A DNA stretch of 62,076 nt, from positions 1 through 62,076 of IMG/VR virus record IMGVR_UViG_3300028399_000007. One strand, written 5' to 3'. Position 1 is the stretch's first letter, and each line of letters opens with the position of its first letter. The stretch is from a virus. Lineage: Duplodnaviria > Caudoviricetes. This document shows, one piece after another, positions 46,346-55,977 of the stretch. Both the position numbers and the translations under genes were made by a program. The notes beneath the pieces were generated by a model that saw only the letters and a list, made by a program, of their open reading frames with translations, searched no databases and was not told the DNA's origin.

Positions 46346-47116
46346 ATGTTCAATAACATAGCAATACCAAAGAACTTGCAGGATTTTTGCAAGGCACGTG
46401 TTGAAGTCAACAAATGGATCAACGAAGCACAGGCTTGTATCAATCACGCAACCGAAGCGGTCAAGGGGATCTTGCCCTATGATCTGCCCTATACCGCCAG
46501 CCTGAGAGAATCTCCCAAGCGTATTATGCAGGAGGTGGACATACGCTTATGGCGGCGTGCGTTTGATCTGACGGGCTATGCGCAGATCATGGATGCACAG
46601 GCACAGAAAGAATTTAACCAAACGCTTGAGAACGATCCGCCTGAATTCAACGAGGACAATATACGTTCTATCTTCCTAAGCGCCGCGCAGGATTCAGAAG
46701 CCATGTTCAAGCGCGGCATCGTCAACGTGTTCAAATACCTGTCAAATGAATACAAGGCCAACAGTAAGGATCCTTTTGTGGTCGGCAAAAAGTGCATCAT
46801 GCGCGGCATGTTCAGTAGCTGGGTCGGCTACCCGTCGCTCAACTATGGCCACGCCTCTGATCAGATCAACGATATTGATCGCGTATTCAAGACCTTGGAC
46901 GGCAAGCAGCACCACCCGCGCGAACTGGAAGCCAAGATCAATGAGGCGTCCAAGGCAGGCCAAGACTTTGAGGACGATTATTTCAAGATCAAAGCATTCG
47001 CTAATGGCAACATGCACATCTGGTTCAAGCGCCGTGATTTGCTCGAAAAAGTAAATACCATTATTGCAGAATGGTACGGGGATCATGCGCTGGCCGATGG
47101 CACTAACAGCATGTAA
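46346..47116 (+). CDS. DUF4942-like protein
   Basis: DIDRVF..LDGK, YFKIKAFANGNMHIWFKR.DL. Confidence 0.7.
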   Translation: MFNNIAIPKNLQDFCKARVEVNKWINEAQACINHATEAVKGILPYDLPYTASLRESPKRIMQEVDIRLWRRAFDLTGYAQIMDAQAQKEFNQTLENDPPEFNEDNIRSIFLSAAQDSEAMFKRGIVNVFKYLSNEYKANSKDPFVVGKKCIMRGMFSSWVGYPSLNYGHASDQINDIDRVFKTLDGKQHHPRELEAKINEASKAGQDFEDDYFKIKAFANGNMHIWFKRRDLLEKVNTIIAEWYGDHALADGTNSM

Positions 47117-47208
47117 CTATATGCTAATATATTTGCAATTAAAATAATTGTTGCAATCTTTTTTGCTTTGTAGTCTAATATCTGTAAGTTAACCAAGAGG
47201 GCTAGATT

Positions 47209-48054
47209 ATGTACGAGATGACACAAACCCATTCCACCCCGATGCCGGACGATCTGATCCGGCGCAACGCACCCAGCGTATTTGCTACGCAACCCTACCA
47301 CGAAGTAAGCGACCGCTATGCCTTCGTACCCACGATCAACATCATCGACGCCTTGCGCGGCGAGGGCTGGTTGCCTGTTGACGCCAGTCAGAAGCGCGTG
47401 CGCTTGAAAGATCGCCGGGAGTTCACCAAGCACTTGGTGCGGTTCCGCCGCTTGGGTGATGATATTCAGATCGGCGATTCGGTCATGGAACTGTTACTGA
47501 CCAATTCACACGACCGCGCCAGTGCCTTCTCCCTGCATGCCGGTGTCTTTCGCATGGCCTGTGCCAATGGCATCGTGATCGCGGATAGCACGCTGGCGAA
47601 GATCAAGGTGCGCCACAGCGGCGACGCGGCCAAGGAAATCATCGAGGGCAGTTACCATGTCATAGATGAGGTGCCCAAGATCGCCGCCGAGGTGGAGGAA
47701 ATGCAGCGCATTGATTTGACCCAGCCCGAGCGCCGTATCTTCGCCGATGCTGCTTACAAGCTGGTCGCGCCTGAGTTGAAGGAAGGGCAGCGGATGATCA
47801 CGCAACAGGACAGCATCCTGTCGCAGATGTTGGCTCCGCGCCGCCGCGATGATAACGGCACTGACTTGTGGACTACCTACAACGTGTTGCAGGAGAAGGT
47901 GATCCGTGGCGGTGTGCGCACTGCCAAGGTGTCTAACGGCAAGGTGCGCCATAGCACTACCCGCGAGGTGCGCAGCATTGACCGCGACATTAAGCTGAAC
48001 AAGGCGCTGTGGGAGATGGCCATGCAGATGAAAGACCTTAAAACCGCTGCATGA
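47209..48054 (+). CDS. DUF932/DUF945 family protein
   Basis: SDRYAFVPT, KHLVRFR, NSHD, FRMACANG, DLWTTYNVLQE, LNKALW. Confidence 0.85.
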   Translation: MYEMTQTHSTPMPDDLIRRNAPSVFATQPYHEVSDRYAFVPTINIIDALRGEGWLPVDASQKRVRLKDRREFTKHLVRFRRLGDDIQIGDSVMELLLTNSHDRASAFSLHAGVFRMACANGIVIADSTLAKIKVRHSGDAAKEIIEGSYHVIDEVPKIAAEVEEMQRIDLTQPERRIFADAAYKLVAPELKEGQRMITQQDSILSQMLAPRRRDDNGTDLWTTYNVLQEKVIRGGVRTAKVSNGKVRHSTTREVRSIDRDIKLNKALWEMAMQMKDLKTAA

Positions 48055-48129
48055 CGGCTGATAATAGGCGCAGGGAAGCGTCGTTTTTATAACAATCTAA
48101 AATAAAGACGGCCAAAAACAGACAAGATA

Positions 48130-48453
48130 ATGGACGATATAGACTTAAATCGGCACGTGGCTATTGCTATGGGTGCTTATGACGAGTACGTGCGGAACCG
48201 GGTTTTGTATGACGACCCGGTACTTGATTTTGGTGATTGGTTACGTCTCCCAAGTTTTAACTATGCAGCCCCGTCACGGCAGATCACAATGTTACAAGCA
48301 TTGTGGACTAGTGTTAGCGCCACACTAACATGGAGTAACGGCAATTTTTCAATCAAGAGCAAAAATTTTACGTATTCTGATCACAAACTTGAAAAAGTTA
48401 TCGCTCGTACATACCTGCATATAAAAAACGGAGATAAAAATGCCATTTATTGA
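48130..48453 (+). CDS. hypothetical protein
   Basis: ORF track; operon-like spacing. Confidence 0.55.
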   Translation: MDDIDLNRHVAIAMGAYDEYVRNRVLYDDPVLDFGDWLRLPSFNYAAPSRQITMLQALWTSVSATLTWSNGNFSIKSKNFTYSDHKLEKVIARTYLHIKNGDKNAIY

Positions 48454-48628
48454 ATTTATTATGACTTATTGGGACTGGTATTTAGCAATAGGTGCAGTTT
48501 TTGGGGTTTACGAATCTTTAGTTGCAGTATATAAAACTGGAACACCTGTTCTTTTATTACCAATAATTTTTTTATTGGCAGTGGTTTTATGGCCAATTTT
48601 GGTCGTTTCATACATAGCAAAAAATTAA
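48440..48628 (+). CDS. small two-TM membrane protein
   Basis: Hydrophobic segments; GGAG RBS. Confidence 0.55.
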   Translation: MPFIEFIMTYWDWYLAIGAVFGVYESLVAVYKTGTPVLLLPIIFLLAVVLWPILVVSYIAKN

Positions 48629-48635
48629 TAAAGGT

Positions 48636-48896
48636 ATGCAAATGACAAAATACACTGATCTAAAACCGCCTTTTGATCCACGTTTGGACGTGGATTCACA
48701 ACGATATGTTGTTTATAACGTGGAAGAAAAACGTGTCATGCGTAGTACGCAAGATATTTCACAAGCCGTGCGCATTTGTGTGCGGCTAAATGGTGACAAG
48801 GAAATCGCTGAATACGCCATTGCCGACAAGGATGCAAATACTTACCTTAGTGGCTGGCGCAAATTGCGGGAGGTGAAAAATGACTACAGCCAATGA
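48636..48896 (+). CDS. hypothetical protein
   Basis: Overlaps start of next gene. Confidence 0.6.
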   Translation: MQMTKYTDLKPPFDPRLDVDSQRYVVYNVEEKRVMRSTQDISQAVRICVRLNGDKEIAEYAIADKDANTYLSGWRKLREVKNDYSQ

Positions 48897-49710
48897 ACTA
48901 GAAAGTGCCAGCCGGATCGCCAATAGCACGATCAAGCAAATCAAGGAACGCGGTACTTGTAGCCGTGAAGAAATCCGGTTCCTTGTGGATGCCTATTACC
49001 AAGTACAAAAGATGCGGATCGCACTGGGTAATCAGATATTTGCATTGACTGAATCCAATGAACCGCATGAGATCAGTGACTGGCTGTTCAGCCAGTTCAA
49101 ACTGATCGAAAGCCAGATCAGCCGATCCCTGAAAGCATTTTGTGAGACCACAAAGCCCGGTCAATGGCTATTGTCAATCACGGGCATAGGCCCTGTGTTG
49201 GCGGCCAATTTTCTTGCCCATCTTGACGTGACAAAATCAGAAACAGCGGGCGGATTCTGGCGGTTCGCCGGGTTGGATCCAACACTGGAATGGAAGAAAG
49301 GTTGTAAGCGTCCGTTTAACGCGCGGCTTAAAACGGCTTGTTGGAAAGCGGGTGAATCATTTTGCAAGGTACAGAACCGTGATTCGGACGTTTACGGCAA
49401 GGTCTATGCTGAGCGTAAGGCACTGGAAATACAACGCAATGACAGGCTTGAATTTGCCGATCAGGCGAAGGAAAAACTGGAGAAGTTTAACATCGGCAAG
49501 GACACGGATGCCTACAAGCATTATGCTGAGGGTAAGCTGCCGCCTGCGCATATCGACCAGCGTGCCAAGCGTTATGCGGTTAAGCTATTCCTGTCACATC
49601 TGCATCATGTAATGTATGAATGCGAGCATGGGCGCAAACCACCCAAACCCTACGTCATAGAACACATGGGGCATGCGCATTACGTCGCCCCGCCAAACTG
49701 GCCATTGTAA
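48880..49710 (+). CDS. TasA-like Nop-domain RNA-binding protein (IS110 C-terminal-like, no nuclease domain)
   Basis: LVDAYYQVQKMRI..NQ, WLLSITGIGPVLAA, FWRFAGL, FNARLK, HIDQRAKRYAVKLFLSHL; no RuvC/DEDD or HNH domain. Confidence 0.8.
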   Translation: MTTANELESASRIANSTIKQIKERGTCSREEIRFLVDAYYQVQKMRIALGNQIFALTESNEPHEISDWLFSQFKLIESQISRSLKAFCETTKPGQWLLSITGIGPVLAANFLAHLDVTKSETAGGFWRFAGLDPTLEWKKGCKRPFNARLKTACWKAGESFCKVQNRDSDVYGKVYAERKALEIQRNDRLEFADQAKEKLEKFNIGKDTDAYKHYAEGKLPPAHIDQRAKRYAVKLFLSHLHHVMYECEHGRKPPKPYVIEHMGHAHYVAPPNWPL

Positions 49711-49721
49711 GGAGGGCTATC

Positions 49722-50114
49722 ATGGCTGCCAAGCCTAAAAAAATCGGTACCAAGATTGATCACCTGTTTGCCATGAGCGAAACAATCTCAGAACGTGAAA
49801 AAGAATTGAAAGAACTGAAATCAAAACGTGCTGAACTGGAAGCTGATATAATCAAGCACTTGCACACTGAAAACGCGACCGATGCCGGTGGTAAAATGGG
49901 CAAGGTCAGTATCAGCATCACCAAACATGCCAACGTGAAAGATTGGAAAAAATACTATGAGTATATCCACAAGCACAAGGCATTCGATCTTCTGCAACGC
50001 CGTGTAAGTGACAAGGCTTACTTTGATCGCGTTGAGGAAGGTGAAAAGATCCCCGGCGTGGAGGTTTACACGCGGGAAAAACTGAACCGATCACGGCGAC
50101 GTGAAAAGGTTTAA
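49722..50114 (+). CDS. conserved replication-module protein
   Basis: Coiled coil; DW..Y..I...AFDLLQRRVS..IPGV. Confidence 0.7.
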   Translation: MAAKPKKIGTKIDHLFAMSETISEREKELKELKSKRAELEADIIKHLHTENATDAGGKMGKVSISITKHANVKDWKKYYEYIHKHKAFDLLQRRVSDKAYFDRVEEGEKIPGVEVYTREKLNRSRRREKV

Positions 50115-50156
50115 TTAACCGGGCAGTAGCCCATATCAACAACAGGAGCAATTATA

Positions 50157-50399
50157 ATGCCGAGAAAGATCGATCCCAACAACGTAAAAGCACGTATCAA
50201 GGACAACAAGACCACTGCTGCCGCAGCCAAGAAAACCCTGCTATCCATGCTGGCGGCTGTGACCAAGGATTATGGTGGCAATGATGTGGATGTAAGTGAA
50301 ATGCGTGCAGAGCTTTCCACGTTTATCAAGTCCATCAGGGCGATCCGCAGCGATATGGACAAACTGGCCGCTATCGAAGCCGCTAGCGGCGATGACTGA
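50157..50399 (+). CDS. hypothetical protein
   Basis: AGGAG RBS. Confidence 0.65.
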   Translation: MPRKIDPNNVKARIKDNKTTAAAAKKTLLSMLAAVTKDYGGNDVDVSEMRAELSTFIKSIRAIRSDMDKLAAIEAASGDD

Positions 50400-50427
50400 T
50401 CGCAACGACTAACAGGAGGCTATTTAT

Positions 50428-51219
50428 ATGGCTGCAAAGAAAAAGACCAGTAAGGCCCTGAGCGTTGACTGGCGCAAGGAACTGGCCGCCAAGGCCAGTA
50501 AAATGAGTGCCAAGGGACGTATCAAGGCCGCTGGTGGCGAGTATATCAGCACTAAGGGCGGCAAGTTCTCTATCGGTGACAGGATCATCGGTGACAGCTT
50601 CCCCGCCGTTGTGATTGGTGCGGTATATGAAAACTCATGGTTCGATTCAAAGTTTGTCGAAGGCGAACCTTCCTGCCCTGCATGTTTCGCTATCGCGTAT
50701 GATGAGGAGGATCTAGCCCCTCACCCCGATAGCCCTGTGCCGCAAGCTGAGACGTGCGAAGAGTGCGAAAAGAACCAATGGGGATCATCAGAGGAAGGGC
50801 GTGGTAAGGCGTGCGGTAATCGCTTCCGCTTGGCCGTGGTCCACGGCGATGATACCAAGGCCAACGCCAGCGAGATCGAAGTCAAGGGTCTGCGGTTAGC
50901 GCCTACCAGCATTAACAATTTCCGATCCTACGTGGCGGAACTTGAGGCCCGTGGTGACTTGGAGCTTGTACAGGCGGCCTGCAATATCTACTTCGATCCT
51001 GAAAGCAAACAGGCGGTGCCGCCGATCTTGTTTGAGTTTATGAACGAGATCACGTCCGACAAGGCGCTCAACGCATTGGTGTCCAAGTGGCCTGATGCGG
51101 AAAAACTGCTGGAACAGCCTTATGACAAGGCGAACTATAAGCCGCCCGGTCGTGCGCGTGGCAAGAAAAAAACGACGAAAAAGAAAACCAGCAAGAAACG
51201 TGCAAGCAAGTTTTCCTGA
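50428..51219 (+). CDS. putative ssDNA-binding protein
   Basis: PACFA..CEEC..NQWGS..GKAC motif; upstream of polymerase. Confidence 0.6.
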   Translation: MAAKKKTSKALSVDWRKELAAKASKMSAKGRIKAAGGEYISTKGGKFSIGDRIIGDSFPAVVIGAVYENSWFDSKFVEGEPSCPACFAIAYDEEDLAPHPDSPVPQAETCEECEKNQWGSSEEGRGKACGNRFRLAVVHGDDTKANASEIEVKGLRLAPTSINNFRSYVAELEARGDLELVQAACNIYFDPESKQAVPPILFEFMNEITSDKALNALVSKWPDAEKLLEQPYDKANYKPPGRARGKKKTTKKKTSKKRASKFS

Positions 51220-51235
51220 TTTGCTTGCACGATCC

Positions 51236-51262
51236 ATGCCCCGGCGGTGTCGGGGCATTTTT
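51236..51262 (+). terminator. intrinsic terminator
   Basis: ATGCCCCG..CGGGGCAT followed by T run. Confidence 0.7.
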
Positions 51263-51279
51263 ATATTTGAAGGTCAGGC

Positions 51280-54051
51280 ATGCCAAAAATACCGTTAGCT
51301 GTTATAGACTTTGAGACGCTGCGCATTGAGCCGCGCCCTGATTACCCACCAGAACCAGTGGGCCTAGCTGTGTTGGAGCCCGGTAAGCGCCCTGTGTACT
51401 TGGCATGGGGACACCCTTTGAAAAATAACTGTACTTTCGATGATGCTTACAAAACTTTGCATCGGATTTATGAAAGGTATTGTGTCGTTATGCACAATGC
51501 CGTTTTTGATCTTGAAGTCGCTGAAAAGTTTTTTGATCTGCCGCTAGTGCCGCCACATGGGTTTTGTGACACGATGCTTGAAGCATTTTTGTACAACCCG
51601 CGTTTCCCTGATATGAAATTGAAAAATCTGGCGGATAACCTGCTGGGTATGCCGCCTGTTGAAGAACAGCGATTGCACGAATGGATCCTGAGTCATGTTT
51701 TTACAAGTCAAAAAAGTGGCAAGGGCAGCATAAAAATATGGGATCACAGACCAAAAGGGCTGTATGCCATACCGCCGTCACAAGCCGGTGGGTTCATAGG
51801 CTATGCACCCGGTGACTTGGTGGGCAGATACGCCAAGGGCGACGTGGTGCGCACTAAGAAACTTCACAATCTTTTCATGCCCAAGATCAAAAAACTAGGC
51901 ATGATGGAACAGTGGGATGTTGAACATCGTGTTTCTATTAAGGCACTGGAAATGTCGCGCAGCGGTGTGCGTATAGACGTTGATAATCTGGCACCTGATC
52001 TTGAAACCGCCAAGAAAAAACTGGCTACTGCCGAAAGGAACGTTTACAAAAAATTGGGTGAGATAAATCTTAACAGCCCCAAGCAAAAAATAGAAGCATT
52101 TGAAAGCAGGGGTTTGGTGTCTGAATGGGAGTACACTGACAAAGGAAACCCAAAGACAAGTATAGACTCACTGATGCGCGTGTGTACGGATAAAAAACTT
52201 GTCAAGGATTTGAACATATATAGCAAGTACACCAAGATCATAGGCACCTATATGCAGCCTTGGCTGGCGTCTGCATTGAAGAACAACGGGTATTTCTACC
52301 CATGGTATAACACGATAAAGGGGGAAAATGATCGTGGTACCTATACAGGCAGGTTCAGTTCTAATTTTCAACAGGTGCCGCGTCGCGTCGAGGACGTATC
52401 ACTAAAAGGTTTACCATTCCTGCGCAACTACGTTATAGCAGATAAAAAATCGCACGTGCTATTTAACCGTGATTTTTGTTTTTCTGATGATACAGAAGTT
52501 TTAACAGATCGTGGTTGGATGTTATTCAAAGATTTAGGTAAAAATGAGCTAGTCGCTCAGTATAAAAATGGTGTTATCAGTTATGCCAAACCGCTTGCTT
52601 ATCAAAAAGAAAGATTTACAGGTAAAATGGTGCATATACATAGTCCCAAAAGTTGTAATATGTTGGTGAGTCCAGATCACCAATGCCTGCAACTGGACTA
52701 CAATAACCGGCCTGTGAAAATACGTGCCGTAGGTTATAGGCTTGGTCATTATAAGCAAGTTGTATCAGGCATAGTTAAAAATAAACAGTCCATTGATATT
52801 TCAATTGACTTGTTAAAATTATCTGTAGCAATACAAGCCGACGGCAAAATACTTTTTCAAAATACCGGCGTAAAAATTTCTTTCTATTTGAAAAAGGAAA
52901 GGAAAATAAAACGGCTTGAAGCATTGTTAAATGCGCTCGATATTCCTTACATAAAAAAAGCAATGGTAAGTAAAAAAGGCTTTTTCAGTTTCCTTTTTTA
53001 CATGCCTGATGACGTCAACAAAATTCTTGATACAGGCACAAAACAGTTTAAGCGTAGTCTGCTAAAACTTTCTTATGAAAACAGGCTGCTGTTTTTGAAA
53101 GAGCTTGGATATTGGGATGGATCAATCATTGGTGAAAGTTGGCAATACTTCAATACAAATTTAGCTAGTTTTGATTTACTGCAAGAAATGTGCGTCATAA
53201 CGGGTGTCAAATCAGTATTGAAGTACATGAAACGCGATGAGGTTAGAAAATGCTGCGGTTTGTTATATATGACTGTTAAGCACGCCGTTGATACAAAAAT
53301 GTTTAGCAAGGATTTTGTTGAATATGATGGCTATATGTATTGTGTCACTATGCCGCAAGGAACGGTTATTGTTAGACGTGGTGGCAACGCATTTATAACA
53401 GGACAATGTGGCCAAGAAGTACGGATCCTTGCGCATTTTGAAGATGGTGTGCTGTTATCCGCATTCAATAAAGATCCGGAATTGGACGGGCATAGTTTTG
53501 TCAATGATCTAGTAACCGAACTAACAGGCATTGACTACGGACGCTCTGCAATCAAAGCGTGCAATTTTTTGATCATCTATGGTGGCGGTGTTTACGCACT
53601 ATCACAAAATTTAGGGATCTCCTATGATCAGGCAGATGAGATATACAAGGCGCATGGTGATGCGCTTGTCGGTTTAGGTGAGTTGAAAAATGAGCTAAGG
53701 TTATTGGCACGCAGGGGAGAGATGTTTAAGACTGCTGGCGGTAGATGGTATGACTTTGAGGAAGGTTTTGAATATGTTGCGTTGAACACGTTGATACAGG
53801 GCAGTGCTGCTGATCATAGTAAACGTGCGTTATTGAATATATCCGATATGATAGAAACAAAAGGATATGACGCTAGGCTCATACTAACTGTGCATGACGA
53901 GTTTATGATCAGCGGCCCTGCAAGATGCAAAAAGAAATTTATGACGGATTTTCGTGAAGCAATGGAATATGATGAATTGTTTGATCTGCCTATGTTAACT
54001 GATGGCAAGATCGGCAAGTGTTGGGGGAAGATGGAAAAAGTTAACTATTAG
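51280..54051 (+). CDS. family A DNA polymerase with 3'-5' exonuclease and intein
   Basis: DFET, HNAVFD, TGRFSS, DF[intein]CGQEVRILAH, K..NF..IYG, IQGSAAD, VHDE. Confidence 0.92.
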   Translation: MPKIPLAVIDFETLRIEPRPDYPPEPVGLAVLEPGKRPVYLAWGHPLKNNCTFDDAYKTLHRIYERYCVVMHNAVFDLEVAEKFFDLPLVPPHGFCDTMLEAFLYNPRFPDMKLKNLADNLLGMPPVEEQRLHEWILSHVFTSQKSGKGSIKIWDHRPKGLYAIPPSQAGGFIGYAPGDLVGRYAKGDVVRTKKLHNLFMPKIKKLGMMEQWDVEHRVSIKALEMSRSGVRIDVDNLAPDLETAKKKLATAERNVYKKLGEINLNSPKQKIEAFESRGLVSEWEYTDKGNPKTSIDSLMRVCTDKKLVKDLNIYSKYTKIIGTYMQPWLASALKNNGYFYPWYNTIKGENDRGTYTGRFSSNFQQVPRRVEDVSLKGLPFLRNYVIADKKSHVLFNRDFCFSDDTEVLTDRGWMLFKDLGKNELVAQYKNGVISYAKPLAYQKERFTGKMVHIHSPKSCNMLVSPDHQCLQLDYNNRPVKIRAVGYRLGHYKQVVSGIVKNKQSIDISIDLLKLSVAIQADGKILFQNTGVKISFYLKKERKIKRLEALLNALDIPYIKKAMVSKKGFFSFLFYMPDDVNKILDTGTKQFKRSLLKLSYENRLLFLKELGYWDGSIIGESWQYFNTNLASFDLLQEMCVITGVKSVLKYMKRDEVRKCCGLLYMTVKHAVDTKMFSKDFVEYDGYMYCVTMPQGTVIVRRGGNAFITGQCGQEVRILAHFEDGVLLSAFNKDPELDGHSFVNDLVTELTGIDYGRSAIKACNFLIIYGGGVYALSQNLGISYDQADEIYKAHGDALVGLGELKNELRLLARRGEMFKTAGGRWYDFEEGFEYVALNTLIQGSAADHSKRALLNISDMIETKGYDARLILTVHDEFMISGPARCKKKFMTDFREAMEYDELFDLPMLTDGKIGKCWGKMEKVNY
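52477..53406 (+). mobile_element. intein in polymerase motif A (310 aa), ending in Gly-Gln
   Basis: CFSDDTEVLT..SPDH..MYCVT..ITGQ|C; LAGLIDADG-like AIQADG and GYWDGS. Confidence 0.85.
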
Positions 54052-54064
54052 GAGGACGGACGTT

Positions 54065-54244
54065 ATGGGTGACGATATATACAAAGAACACGGTTTCAAA
54101 GATCGCACGGACTACTTACATAGTTTGGCAGATGAATATGGCATGCCACTTGAAGATGTGATTGCCCTTGCCGATATACTTGGACAAGATGAAGATTTTG
54201 ATCAACTAGTTATATCACTTGAAGACAGGAGCATTCAACTATGA
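54065..54244 (+). CDS. small acidic hypothetical protein
   Basis: AGGAGG RBS. Confidence 0.65.
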   Translation: MGDDIYKEHGFKDRTDYLHSLADEYGMPLEDVIALADILGQDEDFDQLVISLEDRSIQL

Positions 54245-54843
54245 AGGGCGCAACGCTATCTAATCTTGAAGATTACGCACATTTCAGCATCGATCTTGAA
54301 ACATTTTCAACGGCACAAAATGCCTATATCACGGCAATTGGTGCGGCGATGTTTGCACCATCCACAGGCATGATTGTTGGGCGGTTTTATTGTGTATGCC
54401 ATTGCAGCTATCATAAACGATATGACATTGATCCAGCTACAATCAATTGGTGGCTAGGGCAAAATGATGAGGCTAGAAAATCATTGTGCGATGTTCCTGA
54501 TTATTTGACTTTCAATATACACGATGCGCTGCATAATTTATCTAAATTTTTGACAACGGATATGTTGCAGCCTGTTGTATGGGGCAATGGTGCGACGTTT
54601 GATATATCAATTTTGGAAAACGCCTATAACACGGAGGGATTGCAGATACCGTGGAAGTTTTACAATATCCGCGATATGCGTACTATCATTGACATGGCAT
54701 TGAGCTTGCCGGGAGGCGCTGATGCGTTGAATTTGGAGCGCATGGGTACGGCACATAATGCTATAGATGATGCCGAACACCAAGCACGTCTAATTTCAGC
54801 GGCGTATCAGTTTATTACCATGGGGAAAGTAGCCGATGCCTAA
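54241..54843 (+). CDS. DEDDh 3'-5' exonuclease
   Basis: IDLET, WGNGATFD, RDMRT, HNAIDDA. Confidence 0.88.
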   Translation: MKGATLSNLEDYAHFSIDLETFSTAQNAYITAIGAAMFAPSTGMIVGRFYCVCHCSYHKRYDIDPATINWWLGQNDEARKSLCDVPDYLTFNIHDALHNLSKFLTTDMLQPVVWGNGATFDISILENAYNTEGLQIPWKFYNIRDMRTIIDMALSLPGGADALNLERMGTAHNAIDDAEHQARLISAAYQFITMGKVADA

Positions 54844-55513
54844 ACCATTTCAGTGGTCTTATAGTAGGTGGGCATTGTTCAAGCAATGCCCGTTAAAATA
54901 CAAGAAAAAGGTGATTGATAAATTGCCCGATCCGTCCGGCCCTGCTGCTGAACGTGGCACGCATATTCATAAATTGGCAGAAGGCTACGTAAATGGGCAT
55001 ATAAAAGGATTACCTAAGGAGCTTGCTAAATACAAGGATGAATTTAAGACACTACGTGCGTTGAAAAGAAAAGAACCTGACCACGTGCTAACTGAGTTTG
55101 ATTGCAGCATGACACCAGAATGGACGCACACCAGTTACGATGATTGGAATGGCGTTTATGTACGTGCGTATATTGATTTATTAAGGCTAGGTGAAAATAC
55201 GGCTATCTACATAGACTACAAAACAGGGAAAAAGTACCCTGATCATAAAGATCAAGGCCATTTGTATGCAACGACTGTCTTTTGTTTAGACGAATCAATA
55301 GAATCCGTTAGTGGCGAATTCTGGTACTTGGATAGTGGTGATTTGATGACGTTTGAATATGAACGTAGTGCGTTGCAGAGAATGATCGATGTATGGGAGA
55401 GACGTGTCGAAAAAATAAAGAACGAAAAACATTTTGATGCGATGCCGGGACCATTGTGTAAATGGTGCAATTATCATGTATCAAAGGGCGGTGATTGTCG
55501 TGGACGAGACTGA
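54836..55513 (+). CDS. PD-(D/E)XK (Cas4/RecB-like) exonuclease
   Basis: WSYS..CP, RGT.IH, IDYKTG, QGHLYA, CKWC..C. Confidence 0.85.
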   Translation: MPKPFQWSYSRWALFKQCPLKYKKKVIDKLPDPSGPAAERGTHIHKLAEGYVNGHIKGLPKELAKYKDEFKTLRALKRKEPDHVLTEFDCSMTPEWTHTSYDDWNGVYVRAYIDLLRLGENTAIYIDYKTGKKYPDHKDQGHLYATTVFCLDESIESVSGEFWYLDSGDLMTFEYERSALQRMIDVWERRVEKIKNEKHFDAMPGPLCKWCNYHVSKGGDCRGRD

Positions 55514-55703
55514 TTTTAAGAGATTACTGGATCAACAATTGGTCATGTATCAGGCTAAGTTAACCATGTATGTTGTGAGCGTCATTTCAAAGGATGCCAA
55601 GAAAGCAGCAGAACTGCGCTGTGATATTCACGATATTATGGATATGGTGCTCGATAAAATTCTGGAAGAGCTTTCAGATGAAGAAACTGGAAAAGGTCGA
55701 TGA
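55500..55703 (+). CDS. hypothetical protein
   Basis: Fills gap between neighbours; GTG start inferred. Confidence 0.45.
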   Translation: MDETDFKRLLDQQLVMYQAKLTMYVVSVISKDAKKAAELRCDIHDIMDMVLDKILEELSDEETGKGR

Positions 55704-55977
55704 GCAAAAGTTTGTCAGGTACGTATTAGAACAGGGTGATCTGTGCCCAAAAGTAGGATGGCACGGACAACGTGGTTGGCCTGATCGAGAAGTTGTTATG
55801 TCTGATAACAGACATTTTTACATAGAATTTAAGCGCAAAGGTGAGGAATTACGTCCTTTGCAGAAGCACATACATGAGTTATTAAGAAAACGAGGCCATA
55901 GCGTTTATGTCACGGACAACTACCAAGAGGCGATCCGTATCTACCATAAGGAAAAAGATCGCCGAGAACAAACGTAA
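55678..55977 (+). CDS. VRR-NUC nuclease
   Basis: GWPDR, IEFK, LRPLQ. Confidence 0.8.
   Translation: MKKLEKVDEQKFVRYVLEQGDLCPKVGWHGQRGWPDREVVMSDNRHFYIEFKRKGEELRPLQKHIHELLRKRGHSVYVTDNYQEAIRIYHKEKDRREQT

Noticed and set aside
48880-49710. IS110 transposon
   Set aside because: No N-terminal DEDD catalytic domain and no noncoding element ends; gene is tightly packed in an operon
54836-55513. Cas4 of a CRISPR system, or array acquisition factor
   Set aside because: Standard phage replication-module exonuclease; nothing in the sequence links it to the arrays
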